Positions 9,272 through 17,859 are shown, numbered from the stretch's first letter. The stretch is DNA of 40,310 bases from Acidobacteriota bacterium (GCA_021791935.1 JAJYVR010000001.1:1-40310); one strand, 5' to 3'. Numbers and translations: made by a program. Notes: generated by a model from the sequence alone, not told the origin.

Positions 9272-9316
9272 GGGGTACCCCATCCTAGCCGCGTACTTTT
9301 GCGGCTAGGGTGGGGG
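9272..9316. repeat. GGGTGCCCC-hairpin REP-like element, subtype 1 (arms CCATCCTAGC / GCTAGGGTGG)
   Basis: ggggtaCCCCATCCTAGCCGC-gtactttt-GCGGCTAGGGTGGGgg: a 14-bp stem with one G-U pair. Same architecture as the copies at 14901, 17808 and 38883. Confidence 0.8.
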
Positions 9317-9411
9317 AGCATAACTCTTTCCCCGAACGTGAATACTCTAAGCGAAAATGCTCTGTGCCCTGTCCCGGCTGTTACCGGGGTAACCATCTGG
9401 GGTGTTGCGGT

Positions 9412-11076
9412 CTACGGCAGCGTCCCTCCAATGTAGGTGTTGCCCAGGCTGGGATGTTGTGGATCGACAACCAGGAAAACAACATCGTCGCCCGATTTCA
9501 GCTTCGACGCCAGTTCCTGGAACTGCTGCACATTCGCGATGGGTTGGCGGTTCATCTGTAGGATCACCTCGCCGGGGATCAAGCCTTGCAAGCCATCGGC
9601 AAACGAGCCCGGACGAATGCTGCGAATCACCACTCCGCCCGTGATACCGGCCTTCGAGGCCATGTCCGACGGCACATTGCTGACCGACATGCCCAGCTTG
9701 GTCGTCCCGCTCTGCTGCGGCCCGTTGGAGTTGCCGGAGGGTCCCTCCCCGTTGTTCAGCGCGGCCATCATGGCCGCACGGTCTGCAATGGTCACCGTGG
9801 CGGTCTCATGCTTGCCGTCGTGAATGTAACCCAGGGTCGCGGTGCTGCCCGGTTTACGTCCGGCAATATCGTTGATCAAATCGTCTCCGCCCTTGATGGG
9901 GCGTCCGTCAATGCTGGTGATGATGTCGCCCGGCTTCAGTCCCGCCTTGTCCGCCGGGAATCCAGGCGTCACGGAACTGATGATGACGCCATTCTTGAAG
10001 CCGTAGACGTGGGCCACCGCGGAAGACGTCACAGCCTGAAAGGTAATGCCGATCGATCCGCGTACAACCTTGTGTCCTGGGCCGATCAACTGGTTGTAGA
10101 CATTGGCGATCGTGTCCGACGGCATGGCGAAGCCAATGCCTTCATTCCCGGCGGACTGCGTATAGATGGCGGTGTTCATGCCGATCACCTGGCCATCCAT
10201 GTTCACCAGCGGGCCTCCGGAGTTTCCCGGATTGATGGCCGCATCCGTCTGGATAAAATGCTGAAACTCACCCGCCCCGATTCCGCCTTCGCCCGTAAGG
10301 GAACGGTTTTCGGACGAGATGATGCCGGCGGTGACGGTCTGGTTCAGGCCGAACGGGCTGCCAATGGCCAGCACCCAGTCGCCAATCTGCGTTCCATCGG
10401 AGTTGCCCAGCTTCACGGTCGGCAGCGGGGTGCCGACGTTGATCTTGAGGACTGCAATGTCGGTCGCCTTGTCCGTTCCCACCACCGTGGCCGCATGGCC
10501 CTGGTCGCCCCTCGGATCGGTGCTCAACTTCACCCAGATTTTGTCCGCTTTTTCCACCACATGGTTGTTCGTAATGATGTAGCCGCGTGGATCGACGATA
10601 AAGCCGGAGCCCAGCGCCTCACGCTCGCCGCCATCCGGCGCTTCTCCTTGCGGACCCTGCGGTCCGCCGAATCCGAAGAAGTGGTTGAAGAAGTCCTGCA
10701 TGCCGTTGTCGCCCTGTCCTTGACCCGGACCCTGGCCTTGCCCCTGGTCGCCTTCCGGATTGTTTTCGTCGGGTCCTTGCAGATCTCCCTGGGCGCTCCG
10801 CCCATTGGAATTCTTTGCATAGGAGACGGTGTTGATGTTGACCACCGCCGGACCCACCTGTTTCACGATCTGGGTAAACGTGGTCGACAAATTGACCGGA
10901 CTTGGGATCTGAAGCGGTTGAGCATCCGAGCTGCCGACCTTGGTCTCTTTTCCGTCGACTCCGTGGGCCACGACAGACCCGATGAGAATGCCGGCAGACA
11001 GCGTCGCGAGAATCGCGAAGGTAAAACTTAAGCGGCGCGTGCGAAATTTACCGATCCAAACTTTCCAAACGTTCAT
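9412..11076 (-). CDS. htrA: Do/DegP/HtrA-family periplasmic serine endopeptidase (two PDZ domains)
   Basis: N-terminal TM/signal segment, trypsin-like core with catalytic-Ser motif GNSGGPL, and two PDZ-like C-terminal segments. Contains a G/Q/P low-complexity insert (GQGQGPGQGQG). Confidence 0.93.
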   Translation of the reverse strand: MNVWKVWIGKFRTRRLSFTFAILATLSAGILIGSVVAHGVDGKETKVGSSDAQPLQIPSPVNLSTTFTQIVKQVGPAVVNINTVSYAKNSNGRSAQGDLQGPDENNPEGDQGQGQGPGQGQGDNGMQDFFNHFFGFGGPQGPQGEAPDGGEREALGSGFIVDPRGYIITNNHVVEKADKIWVKLSTDPRGDQGHAATVVGTDKATDIAVLKINVGTPLPTVKLGNSDGTQIGDWVLAIGSPFGLNQTVTAGIISSENRSLTGEGGIGAGEFQHFIQTDAAINPGNSGGPLVNMDGQVIGMNTAIYTQSAGNEGIGFAMPSDTIANVYNQLIGPGHKVVRGSIGITFQAVTSSAVAHVYGFKNGVIISSVTPGFPADKAGLKPGDIITSIDGRPIKGGDDLINDIAGRKPGSTATLGYIHDGKHETATVTIADRAAMMAALNNGEGPSGNSNGPQQSGTTKLGMSVSNVPSDMASKAGITGGVVIRSIRPGSFADGLQGLIPGEVILQMNRQPIANVQQFQELASKLKSGDDVVFLVVDPQHPSLGNTYIGGTLP

Positions 11077-11272
11077 GGGGTGTCGAACCTCGTTCTGTAT
11101 TCAGTAGGAACCTAAAGTGCGATGAGACATGCAAGCCTCAGTATACGGCTTCGCCCTAAGCGCCCGCCACAGCGGCAGCGCGCCCTGAAAATTGACGGCT
11201 TAGATTGTTAGACGCAGAATCTTGCCAAACCGGAGCATCTTTCCTTTCAAGGATTTTTACCCAGCGAGACGC

Positions 11273-11345
11273 GGGTACCCCAGGTCTCGACTTTGAGACC
11301 TGGGGTTGCGACGGCAAGGAACAACAACCGGCGGTCAGATACCCA
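11273..11345. repeat. GGGTGCCCC-hairpin element, subtype 2 (arms CCCAGGTCTC / GAGACCTGGG) plus distal GCGGTCAGATACC box
   Basis: gggtaCCCCAGGTCTCGActttGAGACCTGGGG...ccgGCGGTCAGATACCc. The box contains the stop codon (tca, 11335..11337) of the minus-strand EamA gene. Confidence 0.75.
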
Positions 11346-12360
11346 GCGCGGCGCCGCCCGTCCCGTTTTGCCGTCTCCGCCGTCGCCAGCGGGGCAGAAT
11401 CTCGGCCGTTACGATGCCGAATAGCACCAGGATCGCTCCCACGCCGCGGCGAAGCTCCAGCTTTTCCTTCAGCGCAACAAACGCTGTCAGCCACGCGAAT
11501 ACCGGCTCCAACGTCAAAATCACGGCGATATTCGCCGCCGGGATCGCCTGTTGCGCCCAGGTCTGGACGCCAAAGGCCACTGCTGTGGCCAGAACCCCGG
11601 CGACCAGCAGCGACAGCGGAACCAGCGGCTGCCGCAGGGGACCTCCCGGCGCAAGTAGATGGACCAGCGTACTCGCGCTGGGGGGTTCCATGATCAGCGC
11701 GCCAATCGTCAAAAAGACCATGGCGAACCCGATCTGTAGCAAAATCAACTGCTCAAAGTTGGCCCTGCCGGCAGCGTGGGCCAGCGCGATCACATACAGC
11801 GAAAATCCAACCGCGCAAACCAGGGTCAGCAGGTTCCCAAGGCCTTCCTGTCCTCCAGCCTGGAAAAGAGAAGTCCAGCGCGCGTGGGCGGGGAGCATCA
11901 AGAGTGCAACCCCCAGCAACGCCACCAAAGCGCCGGCCCACGCCGTCCACTCCGGCGTACCGTGGTCCGGAGGCCGCATCCCTGGAATCGTCGCCAGGAT
12001 AGGAACAATCACCACCACCAGCGCCGTAATGAAGGCGGAATTCGTCGCCGTCGTATACACCAGGCCCTGCGTCTGAAACACATACCCGATGGCCAGGCTG
12101 CCCCCCGCGGCGGCGCCAAACAGCCACCCCTCTCGAGTAAGCTGCCGCCATTGCCTGCGATAGACCAGCGCCAGGCAGGCAAACGCGATCGCCATGCGGA
12201 TTGCGTTGAACCACTGCGGCGCGATTTCCGCCAGCGCTTCCTTGATCACCACGAACATCGCGCCCCAAAGCATGACCACGGCCAACATCGACAGATGCGC
12301 CATCGCATTGCGCGAAATTTTCGGCGAACCTGCGCCGGTCGTCATCGAAGATTCATTCAT
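11335..12360 (-). CDS. EamA/DMT-family transporter
   Basis: 341 aa with about 10 hydrophobic helices in two EamA-like halves. Confidence 0.85.
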   Translation of the reverse strand: MNESSMTTGAGSPKISRNAMAHLSMLAVVMLWGAMFVVIKEALAEIAPQWFNAIRMAIAFACLALVYRRQWRQLTREGWLFGAAAGGSLAIGYVFQTQGLVYTTATNSAFITALVVVIVPILATIPGMRPPDHGTPEWTAWAGALVALLGVALLMLPAHARWTSLFQAGGQEGLGNLLTLVCAVGFSLYVIALAHAAGRANFEQLILLQIGFAMVFLTIGALIMEPPSASTLVHLLAPGGPLRQPLVPLSLLVAGVLATAVAFGVQTWAQQAIPAANIAVILTLEPVFAWLTAFVALKEKLELRRGVGAILVLFGIVTAEILPRWRRRRRQNGTGGAALGI

Positions 12361-12384
12361 AGGCTCGGAGGTTTGCGAATTGAG

Positions 12385-13653
12385 TTACAGTTCCGTCTGC
12401 GCCAGCGCCAGCAACAGCAGCAAAATCCGCCGCAGCGCCAGGTCGCGTCCGCCGGCGTCGAACCACTCCCGCAGGGTGTGGACGCCGCCGCCGCTGCCGC
12501 CGCTGCCCAGGCTGACCGCCTCCACTCCCAAGGAGAGCGGAATGTTCGCGTCGGTGGAAGCAACCCCGGTGTGGCTCTGGATCTGCAGGTGTCGGTCGAC
12601 CGCTCGCAGCGTTGTCAGAATGCGCGCATCGTCTGGGAGCGTCGCCGCGGGCCGCTCGCCGATCGGTTCCATGGCAAATTGGATTGGACCCACGGTCGGG
12701 TTTCCGCTCGCCGCGTTCGCGGCGCGATTGGCAGCTTCGACGGCGGCTTTCACGGCCCGATAAATGTTCTCTTCCAATCGCAACAGGGCCGCCGCGTCGG
12801 TCGAGCGCGTATCGATGCGCGCCTCCGCATGCTGCGGAATCGCGTTGATGGAAGTTCCGCCCTCGATGCGCCCGATGTTCCACGTCGTTCGCGGCGCAGC
12901 CGGCAATTCGATCCTGCCAATCTCCGCCAGGGCGTTCGCCAGCACCAGCACCGGGTTCGGCGTGCCGGCATCGCTCCAGGAATGGCCGCCAGGCCCGGTG
13001 ATTCCGATGCGAAAACGCTTGCTGCCTAACCCCTGAGTGACAATCGTGTCCGTCCCAGCGCCATCAAGAATGACTGCGAAACGAATCAGCATGGCAATGT
13101 GCCGGTCGGCGAACAGATGGCGCATTCCGCGCAAATTGCCCTCTCCCTCCTCTCCTACATTGCACGCAAACAGGATGTCGCTCGCCGGCTTCAACCCGGC
13201 GGCGCGCATGCCCGCGGCAATTCCCAGCAGCGCGGCAATCCCGGCGCAGTTGTCGCTCGCCCCCGGAATCGTCAGGCGGCTTCCATCCTGCACCGGTTCG
13301 CCGATCGCCTCAGCCGGAAACACCGTGTCGAGATGCGCGGACAACAAGGTGCATGGCCGTAACTCTTCGGCATCTTTTTCGGTCGAGTCATCGCCCGCCC
13401 GCAGCCATCCCAACGCGTTGCCGCACTCGTCGATCCGGACCTCTTCCAGTCCCAGCGTTCGAAACCGCTCCTCTACCCAATTCGCCCGGGCCGCCTCCCC
13501 GAACGGCGGCGCGGCGATGGCCGCCACCTGCCGATGCCACTCCCGCAACTGCGTTTCCTGCAAATGAAACCACTGAAACGCGCGATGCACCGCCGGCCGT
13601 CCGGCCAGTCGGCTGACGGTCTGAAACGCCGAGATGGGAAGGGTCGGTGGCAA
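12385..13653 (-). CDS. M20-family metallopeptidase (peptidase T / ArgE-DapE-like)
   Basis: SAHLDTVFP, metal-binding NVGEEGEGNLRGM, GPGGHSW. TTG start at 13653. Confidence 0.85.
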   Translation of the reverse strand: MPPTLPISAFQTVSRLAGRPAVHRAFQWFHLQETQLREWHRQVAAIAAPPFGEAARANWVEERFRTLGLEEVRIDECGNALGWLRAGDDSTEKDAEELRPCTLLSAHLDTVFPAEAIGEPVQDGSRLTIPGASDNCAGIAALLGIAAGMRAAGLKPASDILFACNVGEEGEGNLRGMRHLFADRHIAMLIRFAVILDGAGTDTIVTQGLGSKRFRIGITGPGGHSWSDAGTPNPVLVLANALAEIGRIELPAAPRTTWNIGRIEGGTSINAIPQHAEARIDTRSTDAAALLRLEENIYRAVKAAVEAANRAANAASGNPTVGPIQFAMEPIGERPAATLPDDARILTTLRAVDRHLQIQSHTGVASTDANIPLSLGVEAVSLGSGGSGGGVHTLREWFDAGGRDLALRRILLLLLALAQTEL

Positions 13654-13747
13654 CGTATGTGATTTAGCATCGCATGGAATGGCGTCTCGACGGCAATAAC
13701 AAGATTGAAATCGCTGAAACCGCCGTCACACGCCGCCACAAAAACCG

Positions 13748-13804
13748 TGTCATCCCTCAAAAGATCTGTCATCCCTCAAAAGATCTGTCATCCCTCAAAA
13801 GATC
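13748..13804. repeat. tandem direct repeat, 3 exact copies of 19 bp (TGTCATCCCTCAAAAGATC)
   Basis: Units at 13748..13766, 13767..13785 and 13786..13804. A fourth partial unit (TGTCATCCC) at 13805 runs into the next element. Confidence 0.95.
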
Positions 13805-13844
13805 TGTCATCCCGACCGGAGCGCAGCGTAGTGGAGGGACCTGC
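13805..13844. repeat. interspersed element TGTCATCCC...GAGGGACCTG (second repeat family)
   Basis: TGTCATCCCgaccggagcgcagcgtagtgGAGGGACCTGctg. A second copy with the same termini is at 39446..39475 (TGTCATCCCaagcccagtcGAGGGACCTGt). Confidence 0.7.
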
Positions 13845-13895
13845 TGTCGAGGTCGTTCCACCCGGACGCGTCGGCGAATGCCGCTGCGATTCAAT

Positions 13896-14819
13896 TCAGT
13901 AGAGGACCTTCATCAGACACAATCCGCTGGCGGCTGCGGTTGGACCCGCCAAGGCGCGATTGCGGCCCCCCAGAATACGACCCATCTCCGTGGCTGCCAT
14001 GCGGTCGCGGCCTACCTCGATAAAAGTTCCCACCAGGTTGCGCGCCATGTGATGCAAAAATCCGTTGCCGCTCACCGTATAGGTGAGAATCTCCCCGGCA
14101 TCGCCACCGATCGCGTCGCCGGATGAATCTGCCCCCGGCCCACTCAGCATCGCTCCCAGCGCGCCGGGCAAGAGAAGTACAGACTCTCGTGTCCACTGGG
14201 AAGTCTCGATGCGGCGGACATTATTGCAAACCGGCCCAGTGGACCTATCTTGCGCCGTATCGCTGCCACCGCCGCCCGTTTTCTCGTCTGCCATCCGCGC
14301 GGCGCGGTCCGGATCGGACGCGGCAAAAGAAGTAAAGTCGTGTTCCCCCACAATCATGTCCGCCGCTCGCTGCATCGCCTCCAAATCCAGCGGCCACCTG
14401 CAGAGGGAAACATAGCGCGCCAAAAATGGGGAGCAAACGCCTCCGTGAAAGATGCGATATTGATACACCTTGCCGACCGCGCTGTGCCTGGCGTGGAATC
14501 CTGCCGCCGCCTGCTCCGCGGAGAGGACACGAATGGCGGCCGGAAGCACGCGATCCAACGCGCGCTGAAAATTTTCCGCCGGGATGGCCGCCCGCAGCGA
14601 AAAACTCGCCACCTGTCCCCACGCGTGGACGCCCGCGTCGGTCCGTCCCGATCCCTGCGGCAACACCGCCTCTCCCGTAACCATGCGGATTGCATCGGCA
14701 AGCGTGCCTTGGACGGTCGGGCTCCCCGGCTGGATCTGCCAGCCGTGGAATTCCGTTCCGTCGTACGCCAGAGTCAGTTTCCAGATGTTGCTTTCTTTCC
14801 CGCTCTCGTTCGCTTGCAT
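13896..14819 (-). CDS. truA: tRNA pseudouridine(38-40) synthase
   Basis: Start trimmed to the ATG at 14819 (MQANESGKESNIWKLTLAYDGTEFHGWQIQPG). Catalytic motif GRTDAGVHA; FLHHMARNLVG. Carries two Gly/Asp-rich inserts relative to the E. coli TruA layout as I recall it. Confidence 0.92.
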   Translation of the reverse strand: MQANESGKESNIWKLTLAYDGTEFHGWQIQPGSPTVQGTLADAIRMVTGEAVLPQGSGRTDAGVHAWGQVASFSLRAAIPAENFQRALDRVLPAAIRVLSAEQAAAGFHARHSAVGKVYQYRIFHGGVCSPFLARYVSLCRWPLDLEAMQRAADMIVGEHDFTSFAASDPDRAARMADEKTGGGGSDTAQDRSTGPVCNNVRRIETSQWTRESVLLLPGALGAMLSGPGADSSGDAIGGDAGEILTYTVSGNGFLHHMARNLVGTFIEVGRDRMAATEMGRILGGRNRALAGPTAAASGLCLMKVLY

Positions 14820-14900
14820 GGCCGCCTTCGTCCCTGCTGTGTTGCGGTGTCTCCGCGTGCTCGCTCTTTTTAGAGCATTTTCACAGATAGCGTAATGTTT

Positions 14901-14935
14901 GGGTGCCCTCAATCCTAGCGTAGCTAGGGTGGGAT
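14901..14935. repeat. GGGTGCCCC-hairpin REP-like element, subtype 1 (short-loop copy)
   Basis: GGGTGCCCTCAATCCTAGC-gta-GCTAGGGTGGGAT. Confidence 0.7.
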
Positions 14936-15474
14936 AGCGCAATGTCCGCATTGCAGCAACTGCAAAAATGCTCTAGCGTTCTGTTCCTTGTGACGTTCCC
15001 TCTGTCGCTCTCGCCGATCGTCCATCCAAGGGGCGGCAATGTGCGCGGCGGCCCATTCTGCTGCGATATACTCATCCTCGTTAGCAGATTACACATGGTT
15101 GCTCTGGCTCGACATGCGATGCTCGCGTGACGGCTTTGTCGATTGCCTGGAAATTTGTGCTTTGGTTGGAATTTGGAGAAGTCTCCGGGCAGTTTTGTTT
15201 GGTAAAACATTTTGCTTGGGAATCGACGGGAACCATCCAGCCGGAAATCTCGTACCCAATTCATAGAACGCGAATGGAGAACGACGCTTGCTTGTGGGGA
15301 CCGCCGTTTTGTCGTCTTTTTCTCAAAACGCTCTGCGGACTCGCGCCAGGACGGAGAGATTTCCGAAGCTGGAGGCCCTCCAGCGCCATCGAATGGGAGG
15401 GCTTTCCATCCGACAAGCATCGGCCACGCTTCTCTGCATTCCAGGATCATGGCGTTCGGTTCGCTTGTAGAAGC

Positions 15475-15495
15475 TGCGATTGCCGTTCAATCGCA
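15475..15495. promoter_or_regulatory. 8-bp perfect inverted repeat TGCGATTG-ccgtt-CAATCGCA upstream of the TolC-like gene (candidate operator or leader hairpin)
   Basis: Read directly from the sequence, 48 nt upstream of the GTG at 15543. The function is inferred only. Confidence 0.3.
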
Positions 15496-15542
15496 CCGGT
15501 GGAACAGGAAATTTTTGTGAGGCAAAGAAGGGCAGGGCAAAC

Positions 15543-17783
15543 GTGAAGACGAAGGACTTGCAGAGTGGATGGGTGGTCGGGTTGATGATGCTGAACCTGG
15601 TGATGCCGGTGGCCAGCGCTCAGTCGCAGAGTTCCAGCAGCGTCCTGCCGAATGCTCCCGCCGTGGCGGCGGCCACCGTGGCCACGCCCGCCCCCAACTA
15701 TACCGAGCCTTATTCTCTGCGCCCCACCAGCCACGATTATTCCAGAGGAAAATCGCAGCTCCCAAATCCATTTTCCGTCTATACGCAATCGACTGTCCCT
15801 CCGCCCCGGCTCAGCAACTCCCCGCGGATCGATACGCTGTACAAAGACGGCAAGATTTATCTCAGCCTGGATGACGCCATCCTGCTGGCGCTGCAAAACA
15901 ACTTCGACATCGCCATTGCCCGCTACAACCTGGACATCGCCGACACCGATCTTCTCCGCGCCCGCTCCGGCCTTTCGTTCCTCGGCGTGAATACCGGCCT
16001 GGTGACGGGCACGCTGGGCGGCAGCACCAGTCCGGTGGCGAGTGCCGCGCCAGCCGCCACCACCGGCAACACCAGTTCGACCGCCACCACCACCGCAACC
16101 ACCATCCAGACCACCGGTGCCGCGGGCGGCGGCCCAGGCGGGACTTCGGTGGGTGCCGGCGGCGCCGGCTCCGGCCCCAATGGAATCACTTCGACCACTC
16201 TTGGTTCGGGCCCGCTCGACGTGCCCATCGAGCCGCTCGATCCGGTCGTGTCCGGCACCGTGCAACTGCAGCGGGCCTATATTCCCCAGACTTCCAAGTT
16301 CCTTACCGGAACGTTTCAACTGAATTCGAACACGAATGAATACAACTTCAATTATTCGCAAGGGTTTCTGCCGGGCGAGACGTTTGCCCTCACCTTCGAC
16401 AACAACCGCAGCACCAGCGACATGAACTCGATCTTCGGCAACTTCTACAGCCCCGCAATCACGACAAACTTCAACGCCCAGGTCACCCAGCACCTGCTGC
16501 AAGGCTTCGGATGGACGGTGAACGGCCGTTATATCGCCATCACCAAGAACAACCGCCGCATTACCGATTCCGCCTTTCGCGCCCAGTTGCTCTACACCAT
16601 CGACCAGATCGAGAACATCTACTGGGGGCTGGTGGGCGCGTATCAGGATGAAAAGGCCAAAGAAGGGGCGCTGAAACAATCGACCCAGCTACTCTCCGAC
16701 GATCGGAAGCAATTGCAGATCGGAACGCTTGCCCCTCTGGATGTCGTCAATGCAAATGCCCAGGTCGCCAGCGACCGGCAGGCTTTGATCTCATCCAAGA
16801 CCAAGCTCGAATATCAGCAGCTCATCGTCAAGCAGGCCATTGCCCGCAATCTCGACGACCCTACTTTCGCTGCCGCGCCCGTCATTCCAACCGATCGCGT
16901 CTCCCTGATGCGCACCTCCGAGGAAGAGAAGCCGGTCGAAGAACTGGTCCAGGAAGCCTATGCCGACAGTCCCAACGTCGAGCAGGCGGTCCTCGCCCTG
17001 AGAAATCAGGAGATCACCCTCAAGTCCGTCAAGAATGCGTTGCTCCCGGTACTCGACGTGTACGCATTTTATGGTGCCGAGGCCATCGGCGGATCGAAGA
17101 ACCCGCTGATCACGTGCGGACTCATCAAATCGCTCGGCTTCGATCCGTGCACCGGCACGCCGGGACTCAACATCCCCTACAGCACCGTGGTCGGCCATTT
17201 GTTCAACAGTTCAGGCCCGAACAAAGGCGTCGGCTTCAATTTCACCGTGCCGCTCCGCAATCGCCAGGCGGAGGCGCAGGCAGACCGCGCACAACTCGAA
17301 TACCGCCAGTCGCAGATGCGCCTGCAGCAGTTGTACGTACAGCTCAGGATGCAGGTCACCAACCAGATCTACGCGCTGCAGAACGATCGCGCCCAGGTGC
17401 AGTCCGCCGAGGCCAGCCGGCAATACGCGGTGCAGAGTCTCGATGCCGAGCAGAAAAAATATCGCCTCGGCGCCTCCACCACCGCCAATGTTTTGTCCCA
17501 GACGCGCAACCTGGAGGCCGCGGAGGACAATCTGATCGCTGCGCAAACCACCTACGCCGTGGACCGCGCCGCGCTCTCGGAATTGGTCGCCGATACGTTG
17601 CAGAAATATGGCATCAACATTGAAGATGCGGCCACGGGAAATATCTCCCAGGCGCCGAACGTGCCCGGCCTGGAAGCGCCCCAGCCGGAAGCAACGCCCG
17701 AGCCGCTGCATCCCGCCCAGGGGCCGAATGGGGCCAATACCGTGACCCCCGCTCCCGCCACTCCAGGCCCGCAAGGGTTGTAA
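15543..17783 (+). CDS. TolC-family outer-membrane efflux protein
   Basis: Signal-like N-terminus (GTG 15543: VKTKDLQSGWVVGLMMLNLVMPVASAQ). Two OEP-type repeats (LSLDDAILLALQNNFDIAIARYNLDIAD...; ...QLEYRQSQMRLQQLYVQLRMQV...). Has a T/G/A-rich low-complexity insert and a Pro-rich C-terminus. The start codon is uncertain (15480, 15543 or 15588). Confidence 0.88.
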   Translation: MKTKDLQSGWVVGLMMLNLVMPVASAQSQSSSSVLPNAPAVAAATVATPAPNYTEPYSLRPTSHDYSRGKSQLPNPFSVYTQSTVPPPRLSNSPRIDTLYKDGKIYLSLDDAILLALQNNFDIAIARYNLDIADTDLLRARSGLSFLGVNTGLVTGTLGGSTSPVASAAPAATTGNTSSTATTTATTIQTTGAAGGGPGGTSVGAGGAGSGPNGITSTTLGSGPLDVPIEPLDPVVSGTVQLQRAYIPQTSKFLTGTFQLNSNTNEYNFNYSQGFLPGETFALTFDNNRSTSDMNSIFGNFYSPAITTNFNAQVTQHLLQGFGWTVNGRYIAITKNNRRITDSAFRAQLLYTIDQIENIYWGLVGAYQDEKAKEGALKQSTQLLSDDRKQLQIGTLAPLDVVNANAQVASDRQALISSKTKLEYQQLIVKQAIARNLDDPTFAAAPVIPTDRVSLMRTSEEEKPVEELVQEAYADSPNVEQAVLALRNQEITLKSVKNALLPVLDVYAFYGAEAIGGSKNPLITCGLIKSLGFDPCTGTPGLNIPYSTVVGHLFNSSGPNKGVGFNFTVPLRNRQAEAQADRAQLEYRQSQMRLQQLYVQLRMQVTNQIYALQNDRAQVQSAEASRQYAVQSLDAEQKKYRLGASTTANVLSQTRNLEAAEDNLIAAQTTYAVDRAALSELVADTLQKYGINIEDAATGNISQAPNVPGLEAPQPEATPEPLHPAQGPNGANTVTPAPATPGPQGL

Positions 17784-17807
17784 ATTTTCCGACGGTTCAT
17801 TGACGCC

Positions 17808-17846
17808 GGGTGCCTCATCCTTCGCGCTTTTGCGAAGGGTGGGAAT
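17808..17846. repeat. GGGTGCCCC-hairpin REP-like element, subtype 1
   Basis: GGGTGCCTCATCCTTCGCG-cttt-TGCGAAGGGTGGGAAT, a ~12-bp stem in the convergent gap between the TolC gene and aroA. Confidence 0.8.
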
Positions 17847-17859
17847 CGAATCCTTCCCG

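Noticed and set aside
13748-13844. Possible CRISPR array (short exact direct repeats).
   Set aside because: The 19-bp units are strictly tandem with no spacers. There are only 3.5 copies and no cas genes in the window.
13896-14819. Gly/Asp-rich inserts in TruA. Also low-complexity tracts in the TolC-like protein (about 16000..16250), HtrA (about 10700..10790) and the (GGC)6 run in the TonB gene (about 38090..38110).
   Set aside because: Low-complexity linkers of this kind are common in GC-rich soil bacteria. Without alignments I cannot show they are unusual, so I noted them in the feature evidence only.
14941-15480. RNase P RNA, tmRNA, SRP RNA or 6S RNA in the long truA-tolC gap. Examples examined: GGAGAAGTCTCCGGGC versus the P4 AGGAAAGUCCGGGC, and GGGAATCGACGGGA versus the tmRNA 5' GGAUUCGACGGGA.
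   Set aside because: These are only short partial resemblances. The GGGG...UCCACCA tRNA-like ends, a tag ORF, the P4 pairing partner and other universally conserved blocks are all missing.
15533-15542. CAGGGCAAAC resembling the 5' core of the c-di-GMP-I (GEMM) riboswitch just before the TolC gene start.
   Set aside because: The rest of the GEMM consensus (GGGACGCAAAGCC, paired P1/P2 helices) is absent, and the string runs into the start codon region.
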